DNA of 64,000 bases from Mantamonas sphyraenae STR306 (Eukaryota > Protista > CRuMs): the NCBI GenBank assembly GCA_026936335.1, contig JAPMXV010000001.1, positions 372,001 through 436,000 of the forward strand, written 5' to 3'. Below the pieces are notes generated by a model. That model ran no database searches and was not told the origin of the DNA. It was given only the letters and a program-made list of their open reading frames with translations. Position numbers and translations under genes: made by a program. Positions 13,239 to 23,864 of the stretch are shown here, in pieces; the first letter of the stretch is position 1; every line of letters begins with the position of its first letter.

Positions 13239-15488
13239 ATGGAGGACTTTGACCACAACGGCCACCTCATCCTGTACAAAGCGCGTGACGTGGTGGTGCG
13301 CGAAGTGCCGCAACGTCCGCAAGACGGCCATGTTGAGCAGACATCCGTCGACGTGCTGGTGCTCGGACAAGATGCAGACGAACAGTTTGATTTTCAGGAA
13401 CTAGAGGAATATCTGAGCGAACGCGTACTGGTGGGTTGCATACACATGCGGACACACAAATGCACCGGCGCCTGTGTGTGGTGGATCGTGCTCACATTGT
13501 TTTGCTTTCGCACAGCAAGAGCTCACTGGGCAGGTTGATCTGCACAGCGTCCGCTCGTTGCAGATGGAAGTGGACACGACAGAGAATACCCTGGACGTAC
13601 TCGGCGAGCGCTGTCCCAATCTCTTTGAACTCAAGATCAACGATAGTGTGCTGACCTCTATCAGGTACGGCGTGTTTTCACTTGGCCGCGCGCTTTCTTT
13701 TGCCAACCGTTGCAAGCGACGCACGGACCACGCCCCCTGCCCATCTGTGATATCAGATACATACCATACGTCGTCTTCGAGTACCCCATCTCCACACATG
13801 AGCCCACGCCGCCCAGTGGTCCGACATCGCGTCTGTATCCCCGCGTACGTGCCAACTCACGCGCAACAACCTTCTCGCTCACAGAGATCTGGGCACCGGA
13901 CTCGCCAACCTGCAAGTTTTGTTTGCTTCTCGCTGTCAACTCACAGACCTTGACGGTCTAAGTGCATTTCCGGCGTTGAAGGAGCTCTACGTCTCCTACA
14001 ACGATATCCGCGACCTCAGTTCGCTCGTGTACGCCGACCAACTTGTGGTTCTGGACCTTGAATCGTATGTTGTGCACCTGCCCAGTTCATGCACACGCGC
14101 CCAAAGGCACACGTACCACACCTATTGTCTCTTTGTGCTCCTCGCACATCGTCCACTGACTCTCTTTGCCTCCCCACAGCAACCTGGTGGAGGAGTTTGA
14201 CCACGTGGAGTTCCTGCTCAGTTTGCCTGCGCTCGAGTCTCTCACCCTGGAGGCCAATCCGGTGAACACGGTGGCCAACTATCGCGAGCGAGTGATTTGC
14301 ACCCTTCCGGATCTGCGTATGCTTGACGGCGTGGCCATCACAGGTGACGAACGTGCACGTGCTGCGCTCAAGCTCCAAGCAGGCTCCAACTCCAGCCACC
14401 ATGACACAGACAGGTCTGACAACGCCACAATGGCGTCATACGACACGTTGGACGATGGCCTGCAAGATGACAGGGAGTTTTTGCGCCAAATGATGCAGGA
14501 ACGTGCCCAGCTGGATGCGAGCATCAAGCACGCCAAACAGCTGGATCTGGATCTCAGGCCTGTGGGCGACGACGCAACTTTGACCTCTGGAGTCTGGCGT
14601 CCCACCACCGCGTCCTACCGCGACCGCGTCACATACCAGCAGGGTGCACCTGGACTGGACATCAGCGTGCGGCCTGTTTCGGCTCTCATGCGCGCACGCA
14701 CAGCATCGGCACGTCCCACAACGTCTCTCGGCATTCGTCGTCCTGACACCCAGCGCGGTCGAAGGGCCAGTTCCAATTCGGGCCCGGGAGGCACCCCGCC
14801 GCGCAAAGTCCAAAGCGCCGTCGACGCTGCCAGTGTCCTTACACAGGGTTCTAGCGAGGCCTTTCGCGGTTCCCTTGTCAATAGCAGGCGTCACATTCCT
14901 TTGTACAGCAGCAACAGCAGCAACGAGAGCGGGGAGGATGACGAAACAAGTTCCAGCTCGTCCAACGCAGTCAACACGGGCTCAGGCTTGAACAGGAGCT
15001 TCGATGCATCAACAACACACGCAAGCGATGATCAGGATCCCGTAGAAGAAGACGAGGTGGACGACAAGCGTCTACTGGAGGAACTACGCGCGTGGCAGGC
15101 ATCGTACAACGAAAAGTTGGCAAAGCTCTCGGCGCAGTTTGAGGACCCGCATCGGCGCCGGCAACCACGAGAAGACGAAGACTTTGCCGAGGCTGAGGCA
15201 TTCATTTTTGAAGACGATGATGAGGAGGAAGAAGACCCGGAAGGCGAAGACGAGGAACCGGAAGCAGAAAACGACGAGCAGAACAGAAACAATGCCGGGG
15301 ACGAGAGCGTTGAAGATGCACACATGGGCACCAGCAGCACGGGAGGAGGAACCAGCGCACGGGGCGATGGACGGCAACGGCCCGCGAAACCGACAAAACC
15401 CAAGAAACCACGCGCTCCCAAGGCCATGCGCCCTCCACAGGGACCCAGGCCCACTACCGCACCGGGAAGGAGGAGGTTTGCAGGCTGA
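13239..15488 (+). CDS. LRRC56: LRRC56/ODA8-like ciliary dynein-assembly LRR protein (4 exons)
   Basis: EEYLSERVL|QELTG.DL..V.SLQMEVDT.ENTL..LG...PNL.ELKINDS....IRDLGTGL.NLQVL...RCQL.DLDGL...LTLEANPV, followed by a disordered tail. Confidence 0.8.
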
Positions 15489-15555
15489 AAGACGAATGCA
15501 CAGTGGAAAGAGACGTCGCAATGGCAATGGACTTTTTCAATTCCGCTCACCTTCC

Positions 15556-18500
15556 TCAAAGCTTGGCTTGCTGCAGCAGCTTGAGCTCACGCTCAAAGCG
15601 CTGTGCAACTACAATCATGCCTTTGAACTTGAGACGCTTGGCCATGTAAGCCTTGGTGGAGTTGAGCTTGCCCTGACTCATGAGCACAAAGTCCTCGTCG
15701 CTCACTTCAAGGGTGCAGTCCACCTTGACTGGCTCGCCACGCGTTACACTGCCGCTGCCATTCTTGAGGTCCACAATCCAGGAGCGCTTCTCCTCACCAT
15801 CCACAAGGATGCGCCAATGGATGATGCCACGCACGCGTTGCACAAGGGCAGAGCCCTGGCTGCTGTTCAGCACCGAGCCTAGCTGTGCAAACAGGGCGTC
15901 GCTCTGCAAAGGCTCCTCGCCTTCGTGTTGCTCCATGGACTGGGTGTCCCCGTTGCCCTCACCCTCCATGGGCTCAATGGTGACTACCGCATTGGACAAG
16001 ACTGTCGTGCCGCGCTCCTTGCACGAGCACGTAAACACAATGGTGTCTGGCGCCGTCTGCCACATGGATGTGATGATGGTTTCGCCAGGATACAGGTGCT
16101 TTGCAAAGCGCACCTTGATGGACTTGAAGCGTGCCGGGTCGCCGCCGCAAAAGGTGTCAATGATGTGCCGGCCAGCATATCCAAAGGTGCAGAGTCCATG
16201 AAGGATGGGTTTGTCAAAGCCACCCATTCCTGCCATCTCTGGGTCAATGTGAAGCGGGTTGTAGTCCCGCGAACCCAGACGGTAAAGAATGGCTTGGTTT
16301 GGCGCGGTGGCTTCCTCGACCACTGCGTCAGGCTTGCGCTCTGGAGGGTTGTTCACATTTGTGCTGGGACCACGAGGGCCATCAAAGCCACCAAGTCCAC
16401 GAATGAACAGGGTAAACTGGTTGAACAGCACTTCGTCTCCAGCCTCGTCGCGAGAGATTGCATCCACAAGCACCAGCGCTCCGGAGCCCTTGTCGTATAT
16501 GGCAGAAATGTGTGCGGTGGTCTCAAAGGTGCCCTTGACTGGGATGGGTTTGCGCACTTCCATGTACTGCTCGCCGTGCAGCAGCTGCATAGGGTTGAAC
16601 TCAAACCCGTCCACCTCGAGCTCCGCGAAGCCCATGAGCGTGTCAAACGGAATGACCACGCCAAACGTGGGCAAGGCACGGAAGCCATCGTTATGAAGCT
16701 CATACACCAGACGCAGATCCTTGACGTTCATCGGATCCGACGCAGCGCCTGCTCCCAGCGCGTACAACGCCACGTCCATCTCGTCGTACGAAAACGTCTG
16801 CGCAGGCAGCTTCAGGCCAATCACATGCGAGTACGCGTGCGTTGGCTCTGCCGACGACGATGACGACGACGACGACGAAGCGGAGGACGACGAGGACTCT
16901 GCGTTTTCCGTGAGGCGCTCGATGAGCGGTCCCAGTGAGTCCTGCGGTGTCTCTGGATACGTCGGGTCCACGTCAAAGTCCGTCACCTCCTCCCAGCTCT
17001 CGGCCACCTGTTCAGGCGTCATCGCTCCTTTCAGATCGTAAAACACCCCTTTCGTCCGCTGCCAGCGCAACTTTGACACAAACCCGGCCCCGACCTCAAA
17101 CACCCCACCCGTCTCTTCGCAGTCTTCGTGACACAACCACCCCACAAGCGGTGCCACATACTCGGGCTTCAGTGCTGCAACAATCTCGGGCGGAAGAACG
17201 GTCTCCGTCAGCCGCGAACCTGCAATCGGTGCAATCGTGTTGACGTGGATGTTGCGCGACTCGCCTTCCACAGCCAGCGTGTTGCTGAAGCCCAGCAAGC
17301 CCAGTTTGGCTGCGCTGTAGTTGGCTTGTCCAAAGTTGCCATACAGGCCAGCTGCGCTCGCCGTCATCACAATGCGTCCGTACTGCTGCTCTCGCATCAC
17401 CGCCCACGCTGCCTTGGTCACTGAGTATGCACCACGCACATGCACCTTGTACACAAGGTCCCAGTCCACGTCCCGCATGCGTGCAAAGCTCGCGTCGCGC
17501 AGGATGCCTGCGTTGTTGATGACAATGTCCAGGCGACCCCACGTATCCAGAGCTGTGGCCACCAGTCGCTCACCGTACTCCACCGAGTCGTAGTTGGCCA
17601 CGGCCTCGCCACCCGCTTCACGAATCTCGTTCACCACAAGGTCTGCAGCACGCGTGGAAGCGCCTTCGCCCTTCATCGACCCTCCCAGGTCGTTGACCAC
17701 CACACGGGCACCACGGCTGGCAAACATCAGCGCGTACGCCTTGCCCAAGCCACCGCCTGCACCTGTCACAAGCACAACCTTGCCGTCGAAGCGCACCTTG
17801 TCCGTGGCGCCGCTTCCGCTGAAACCTGAGAGGGCCGACGACGAAGAGTTGGACTCATCGGGTGTGAGGCGCTCGATGAGCGGTCCCAATGAGTCCTGCG
17901 GTGTCTCTGGATACGTTGGGTCCACGTCAAAGTCCGTCACCTCCTCCCAGCTCTCGGCCACCTGTTCAGGCGTCATCGCTCCTTTCAGATCGTAAAACAC
18001 CCCTTTCGTCCGCTGCCAGCGCAACTTTGACACAAACCCGGCCCCGACCTCAAACACCCCACCCGTCTCTTCGCAGTCTTCGTGACACAACCACCCCACA
18101 AGCGGTGCCACATACTCGGGCTTCAGTGCTGCAACAATCTCGGGCGGAAGAACGGTCTCCGTCAGCCGCGAACCTGCAATCGGTGCAATCGTGTTGACGT
18201 GGATGTTGCGCGACTCGCCTTCCACAGCCAGCGTGTTGCTGAAGCCCAGCAAGCCCAGTTTGGCTGCGCTGTAGTTGGCTTGTCCAAAGTTGCCATACAG
18301 GCCAGCTGCGCTTGCCGTCATCACAATGCGTCCGTACTGCTGCTCTCGCATCACCGCCCACGCTGCCTTGGTCACTGAGTATGCGCCGCGCACATGCACC
18401 TTGTACACAAGGTCCCAGTCCACGTCCCGCATGCGTGCAAAGCTCGCGTCGCGCAGGATGCCCGCGTTGTTGATGACAATGTCCAGGCGACCCCACGTGT

Positions 18501-18759
18501 CCAGAGCTGTGGCCACCAGTCGCTCACCGTACTCCACCGAGTCGTAGTTGGCCACGGCCTCGCCACCCGCGTCACGAATCTCGTTCACCACAAGGTCTGC
18601 AGCACGCGTGGAAGCGCCTTCGCCCTTCATCGACCCTCCCAGGTCGTTGACCACCACACGGGCACCACGGCTGGCAAACATCAGCGCGTACGCCTTGCCC
18701 AAGCCACCGCCTGCACCTGTCACAAGCACAACCTTGCCGTCAAAGCGCAATTCGGACAT
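15556..18759 (-). CDS. HSD17B4: Peroxisomal multifunctional enzyme type 2 (2x SDR dehydrogenase, hydratase-2, SCP2, PTS1 AKL)
   Basis: Two copies of TGAGGGLG...NNAG...YSAAK; hydratase motif YRLGSRDYNPLHIDP...ILHGLC; SCP2 domain; C-terminal AKL. Confidence 0.95.
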   Translation of the reverse strand: MSELRFDGKVVLVTGAGGGLGKAYALMFASRGARVVVNDLGGSMKGEGASTRAADLVVNEIRDAGGEAVANYDSVEYGERLVATALDTWGRLDIVINNAGILRDASFARMRDVDWDLVYKVHVRGAYSVTKAAWAVMREQQYGRIVMTASAAGLYGNFGQANYSAAKLGLLGFSNTLAVEGESRNIHVNTIAPIAGSRLTETVLPPEIVAALKPEYVAPLVGWLCHEDCEETGGVFEVGAGFVSKLRWQRTKGVFYDLKGAMTPEQVAESWEEVTDFDVDPTYPETPQDSLGPLIERLTPDESNSSSSALSGFSGSGATDKVRFDGKVVLVTGAGGGLGKAYALMFASRGARVVVNDLGGSMKGEGASTRAADLVVNEIREAGGEAVANYDSVEYGERLVATALDTWGRLDIVINNAGILRDASFARMRDVDWDLVYKVHVRGAYSVTKAAWAVMREQQYGRIVMTASAAGLYGNFGQANYSAAKLGLLGFSNTLAVEGESRNIHVNTIAPIAGSRLTETVLPPEIVAALKPEYVAPLVGWLCHEDCEETGGVFEVGAGFVSKLRWQRTKGVFYDLKGAMTPEQVAESWEEVTDFDVDPTYPETPQDSLGPLIERLTENAESSSSSASSSSSSSSSAEPTHAYSHVIGLKLPAQTFSYDEMDVALYALGAGAASDPMNVKDLRLVYELHNDGFRALPTFGVVIPFDTLMGFAELEVDGFEFNPMQLLHGEQYMEVRKPIPVKGTFETTAHISAIYDKGSGALVLVDAISRDEAGDEVLFNQFTLFIRGLGGFDGPRGPSTNVNNPPERKPDAVVEEATAPNQAILYRLGSRDYNPLHIDPEMAGMGGFDKPILHGLCTFGYAGRHIIDTFCGGDPARFKSIKVRFAKHLYPGETIITSMWQTAPDTIVFTCSCKERGTTVLSNAVVTIEPMEGEGNGDTQSMEQHEGEEPLQSDALFAQLGSVLNSSQGSALVQRVRGIIHWRILVDGEEKRSWIVDLKNGSGSVTRGEPVKVDCTLEVSDEDFVLMSQGKLNSTKAYMAKRLKFKGMIVVAQRFERELKLLQQAKL
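16911..18744. repeat. Intragenic tandem duplication, ~880-bp copies at 954-bp period, encoding the two SDR domains
   Basis: 16911-17790 and 17865-18744 are nearly identical, with about nine substitutions counted by eye. Confidence 0.95.
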
Positions 18760-18830
18760 CGCAACACGAGAGGGAACGATCGAAATGTAAAAGAGGTGGC
18801 AGCAATCGCGCATTGCATTGAAGCTCCCAG

Positions 18831-20923
18831 CTATGGTCCTGCGCACAACCCCACCACACTGCAAAAGCCGAATTGGCAGTCGGCACAAGCCTGGTAGGCG
18901 ACGATGGCGGCGACGAGTACGACGGGCACAATTCGAAACAGGGTACCGGAAAGACCCCACGAGCTGAGCTTGTTGGACAGAGCAGTGCAGGTGATTTGAC
19001 ACATTTCGATGTCTTTGCGATCAAAGGTCAGTTCCTCGTCGTCGTCGAGCCCCAGGTGGCGCAGGTGAGCGCGGGTGTCGTCGTCGAGATGGGCTGTGTG
19101 TTCGCTTGCCTCGTATGCGTCTGCCAGCACGGCGGTGTTGACCTTTTCGAAAAAGGCGAGCGTGTCACACAGGGCGCTCGACGCGCCCGAAAGCATGCTC
19201 TGGTGCTTGGGATAGTTGAGGAGAAGATAGAGCATGAGGTTGTTGCTCTGGGCGACAAAGTGCGGGTAGAGGTGGCGCCACAGAGTCATGCAGCTATCTG
19301 TATCCATGGCAATACACCGTGTGAGGGTGGACAACACATGGTCTCGCAGAGGCTTGGCTGCAGAGGCGGCGTGGCTGAGAAGCATGCCAAAGAAGCGCCG
19401 AGGCTCGTTGCTGTGGCCCTCGGCAGGACGGGTACTGAAAAAGATGCTGAGTGCTTCGACGGTGTCAAACACCGAGTGCAGCTTGGTGCGCAGAGCTTGT
19501 GTGTCGCGTGCGGAGGAGCACTTGAGCAGGAGCAGTTTCTCGTACGAGCGCACGCTGATGTACGTACGGACGCTGGGGGAGCCGAGGAGGCGTGTGCGCC
19601 AACCCTTGTTGCTGAACAGGTGTTCAATGAACCCGAGGCACTGTTCGCGTGCAGCCAGGGGCACATTGTCGTCCAGGAGCTGCGGGAGCAGGAGGCGGGC
19701 CCAGGCTTCGAAGGAGGCACTCGGCATGGAGCCATTGGCCTGTGCAAAGGCCCATGTGAACACGGGCGTGAGTGCGCCTGGGGCACCCAACTTTTGGGAG
19801 AACAGGTTGGTGCCGGAGAAGAACTTGTGGCGAATCTGCTCAAGGGATTCAGAGAGGATGGAACCGTCGCGACGCAGAGTGACCTGCAGAAGGAGGCGCA
19901 GACCAAGACCTGCATTGGGGGTGGCCGACGGTTGATCTGTGGACGCGCGACGAGGGTATCGGGGGAGGAGAAGGTTGTGGCCGGGAGCCGTGTGAGTGAA
20001 CAAAAGCTGTGGGCTGGCTTTCCCCTCTCCGCCTGCAAAAACGCACTGTCCATGATTTCAATGATGTTGAAAATGAGAAAGATCACAAAGTTGACCTGCT
20101 CGTGCTTGGGAATGGTGTCGAGGAAGTTGACGAGGGCGCGCTTGAGCGGCTTGGATATGAAACAGAGCGGCGATTCTGTGCGGGGTTCCAATCGACGTCA
20201 GCGCTGCGTGGACTTTGTGTTGCGTGCCGGAAAAGCGTCCGCCACACACACAGGGACGGCCAACGGGTACAGGGAGAACGGAAGAGGGGCAGAGGGCAGA
20301 GAGAGGGCAGAGGGACACAACGTGCGAGATGGAGGTGGCCTGAATGATGACTTACCGAGGCCGTTGATGCCGCTTGAAGTTCGGACTTGGCTGAGCGGAT
20401 CTTCAAAGTACTCGGTAACTTTCTTGAGTTGGATGGAATACTTGCCCGAGTAGCTGGAGGCCAGTGAGGCAATGTGGTCGTTGAGTTCCGTCTCGTCGAG
20501 GTCCTGGACGACTTCGTCGATGGGGCGCAGAGTGACGGAGCTGCTACTGCTGCTGCTGCCCGCCGTGTTCTTCTTCTTGCTGCGGCGCTTGCGCTTGCCC
20601 TGGCCAGGCGAAACTTGCATACGCTTCCAGGCCTCCTCACGTTCCTCGGCTTGCTCCGACTCGCGTCGTTCGGCTCGAAGTTGCTTGCCCGACGGCAGCG
20701 AGCGTGGATCGTCCATTGCGGCTGCGATCTGCTCGTCGCGAACAGCCGTCAACGCGGCCGCGTCCTCGTGTGCATACTGATCAAAGTCGTCAAACTCTGC
20801 GTCAAAGCCGTAGAGGTCGCGTGACGTCTCTGACGACGAGCTGTTCTTCTTCTTCTTCTTCTTCTTGCTGTTCGTCGACGGTTTGCCATTGCGCACCGTG
20901 GTCCACTTTTCCTCGTCCGCCAT
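18831..20923 (-). CDS. TMEM214: TMEM214-like ER membrane protein (3 exons)
   Basis: N-terminal KWTTVRNG plus Lys run, helical body with LWRHLYPHFVAQSNNLMLYL, C-terminal TM. Introns ~20176-20355 and ~19938-20046 with GTAAGT/GTGCGT donors. Confidence 0.7.
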
Positions 20924-21108
20924 GCTGTCTGGGAGCTGGTCACGATGGCGCATGATCCATGATCCGTGAAGAATTGGAGGGGGTGTGAGAGCGAGCGAGA
21001 GAGATGTTGGATCCTCCACGTGCTGCCTGCATCATGCATCATGCGAGAGCTGAGCGCCGGGGTCATGCGCTGGCAGAGACAAGACGACCTTCAATTTCCT
21101 CTCTGCCA

Positions 21109-23849
21109 ATGTCATCGTCCTCCAGCTCCTCCAACGACGACTCGGAGTACGTCAACATGGACGACATTAGCTCGTGGTCGCGCATTGTGCCGCTGCGCGA
21201 CATGCCCTTGTACGCACTCGATTTGGGAGAACCGCGGCACGTCGATTACCTGCTCTTTGCCGAGTTTGACATCGACAAGGGCTCCATCCTCAAGTACCAG
21301 TATCCAGAAGAGACTGGGGTAGACGAACAAGAACTGGCAGAACTCATGCTTCCAGATGGCGCCCACAATCGGGAGAACGACTGGACCACGTTTTTCCTCA
21401 ATCGGGACGCCGAAACAAACGCCGTCAACACAGCCAAGGAGATGGAAAAGGCCATGGTTCGTTGTCGCCCTGAACTCCACGTGCAATGTCGAGTGTGCGC
21501 ATGTCGTCCAGCTCTCGTGCACATCCGCCTCCCGTCCATACTGCACCCGAGGTCAACCCTCCCAGAAAAGGGCCCCTGACACACCCTTCCCTCCCGCTCG
21601 CCACAGCAACAGGACAAAGACAGCGGCACCAAACCCAAACGACGCGAGGAGATCGTCGAAGCCTTTGTGTACCAGGTTGGTTCACACGTGTTGGCATGCT
21701 CTGTCGTGGCCAGAAGCGCAACCTGTACCCACGCTCACGCCATTTCACGTCCCTTGCCCTGCCGCCTGCTCACAGTGTGAGGATTCCAGCAAAGGCTGGG
21801 AGTTGCTCAGCGACGAGCGCAAGTTTATCTTTTTCCACCCGACGCGCTTGTTCATCCGCAACAAGGACAAAACCGATTTCAAAGTAATGTGCGTTGAGCG
21901 GGTTTTGGCCTTCAGGCTCCTCCGCCGGCGAGAGCCTGTCTATTCGCAAAGGAGGGGGCGAGGGCAGGAGAGAAGAGGCACAGATAGAGAGAGAGTGTGT
22001 GTGTGCGCACGCGCGCGTGTCCGTGAGAAGGTCGTGACACCGGTGACTGACACCTGGGTGTGTGCGTAGTGAACGACACGACCAGCTGCAGTACACCGTG
22101 CTTGGGGAAAACTTTGCGTGCGTGTTTGATGAAGAAGGGGTGGCCATCGGCCTGCGCTTCCTCACCGAAGAGGATAGCCTGCGATTCGAGGAGTATGAAA
22201 AGGTGTTCCGTGACCCAGAGGCGTCGGAAGAACGGTGGGGGCATCTGGTGACCAAGATGCACCTCATCAAAGCCAAACCCATGCTGTACTGCCTCAACCT
22301 GGTGAAAACCAAGCTGGACAGCAGTGTGCGGCGTGGTGCACGCGTCAAAGCCATGGCCGTGTGCACACGTTCGCAGTACTATCACATCTTCCGGCCGCTC
22401 CTCGTGTTGGGTTTGAACAAGTTCTTCGACCGCGACGACATTGGCATTCTGGAAGAGCTGTACGAAAGCATCAACGCCATGGACCTCAGTGGCTTCCCTC
22501 ACTACCCACTGGCACGCCGCATTGCATACCGCACAACCGACACCGCGCCGCCAGATTTCATTGCACACATCCGCTACACAGGCGCGAAACTCAGCGTCAA
22601 GGTACCACAGGCCATGCTTCCAGACGAAGTGGGTGACGGCTCCATCATCGAGCTCGAAAAGGTGTTTAAAGAGCAAATCATGACCATCTACAACGCGCTA
22701 CTGCAGCAGAAGCGCATTCTGATCCTCGGATACAGCCGGGCGGCCCAGGAGGTGTGCACGTACACCATCTCATGCATCTACATGGTTATCCCCACACTGC
22801 GGGGCTTCCTCAAGCGGTGCTACCCGTATGCCAATCTTGTGATGCTGGATTTTCTGAGCACGCCAGGGTACATTGCGGGCGTGACGAATTCCATTTTCGA
22901 GGAGCACAAGGAGTGGTGGGATGTGCTTTGCGACATCAACACGGGCAAGGTGGTGCTGGCTGAGCGTGTGAGCAAGGAGGTGCCCGTGAAGGACCAGCAG
23001 CCCGTGGCTCTGAATCCGCTGGACGCCGCATTCTACAAACACCTCAGCGCGTGTTTGGAGTCAAACAATGCGGCGGATGAGAAGCGCGTGCGCTCGTTGT
23101 TCAAGGACTACACCCAGCAGATGGTCGACGTGGCTTTTGGTGACTACACGTTCGTCAACGCAGAGGAAAGGGCCACGCTGACCGAGGGCCTTCAGGAGCG
23201 CATCACCAAGTTCACCATCACCGACATGTATGCCAACTACACGCTGGACAGGGAGAACCGCAAGATCACAAGCAAACTGAAGTTGGAAACGCTGGGTGAC
23301 AATGTGCAGAAGTTGCGCACCCAAGACGACCTGTCCCTGGACCAGGTGCGCAAGTTTTACCAGGAGTTTGTGTCGTTTGTGCGCACAGAAGACGAAATTG
23401 TGGAGTTTTTGGGCTTTCTGCCTGAATCGCAGGGCGGACTGTACCCCGTGGCCACAGGGTTGTTTTCGTCCGACCCGAGTGTGCGCGACGCGACGGTGAC
23501 GCTGCTGAAGCGCATCGACACGATTCGCATGGGCACGGCAGCCATCAACCAGATGAACTTTTTCCTGGTGCTTGCGTACGATAGGCACGTGCGCGAGATG
23601 CTTCTTGTAGAAGAGGCAACGGGTGAGGAACAGCCAATTGCCGAGGAAGCCGAAATGCAAGAAGCACAGCAGGAGCACACTTGGGCCTCGTCTGACGAGG
23701 CAGTGCAAGAGACAGAGACGCCTAGGCGCAAGAAGCGTTCCGAGAGTGGGATCAATGGGGCGCGCAGTCTCTTCAAGAAGGACAGCAGCGACGACTTGGT
23801 GACCGAGGTGCACAAGAGGCGAATGACCATCGAGCGATCGTACAGGTAG
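21109..23849 (+). CDS. Afi1/MesA-type (DENN-related) polarity/Arf regulator with SPA domain and WH1-like insert (4 exons)
   Basis: YLLFAEFDIDKGS..KYQYP, LAELMLPDGAH.R..DWT.FFL, LYCLNLV.TK.D..VRRGA.VKAMA, PYANL...PGYIAGVTN.IF....WWDVLCDI.TG. Confidence 0.85.
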
Positions 23850-23864
23850 GCAGCGGGTTGTCAG

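Noticed and set aside
20005-20030. Possible non-canonical GA-AG intron donor (G|GAAAGC) in TMEM214
   Set aside because: A canonical phase-compatible GTGCGT donor lies just upstream (~20046).
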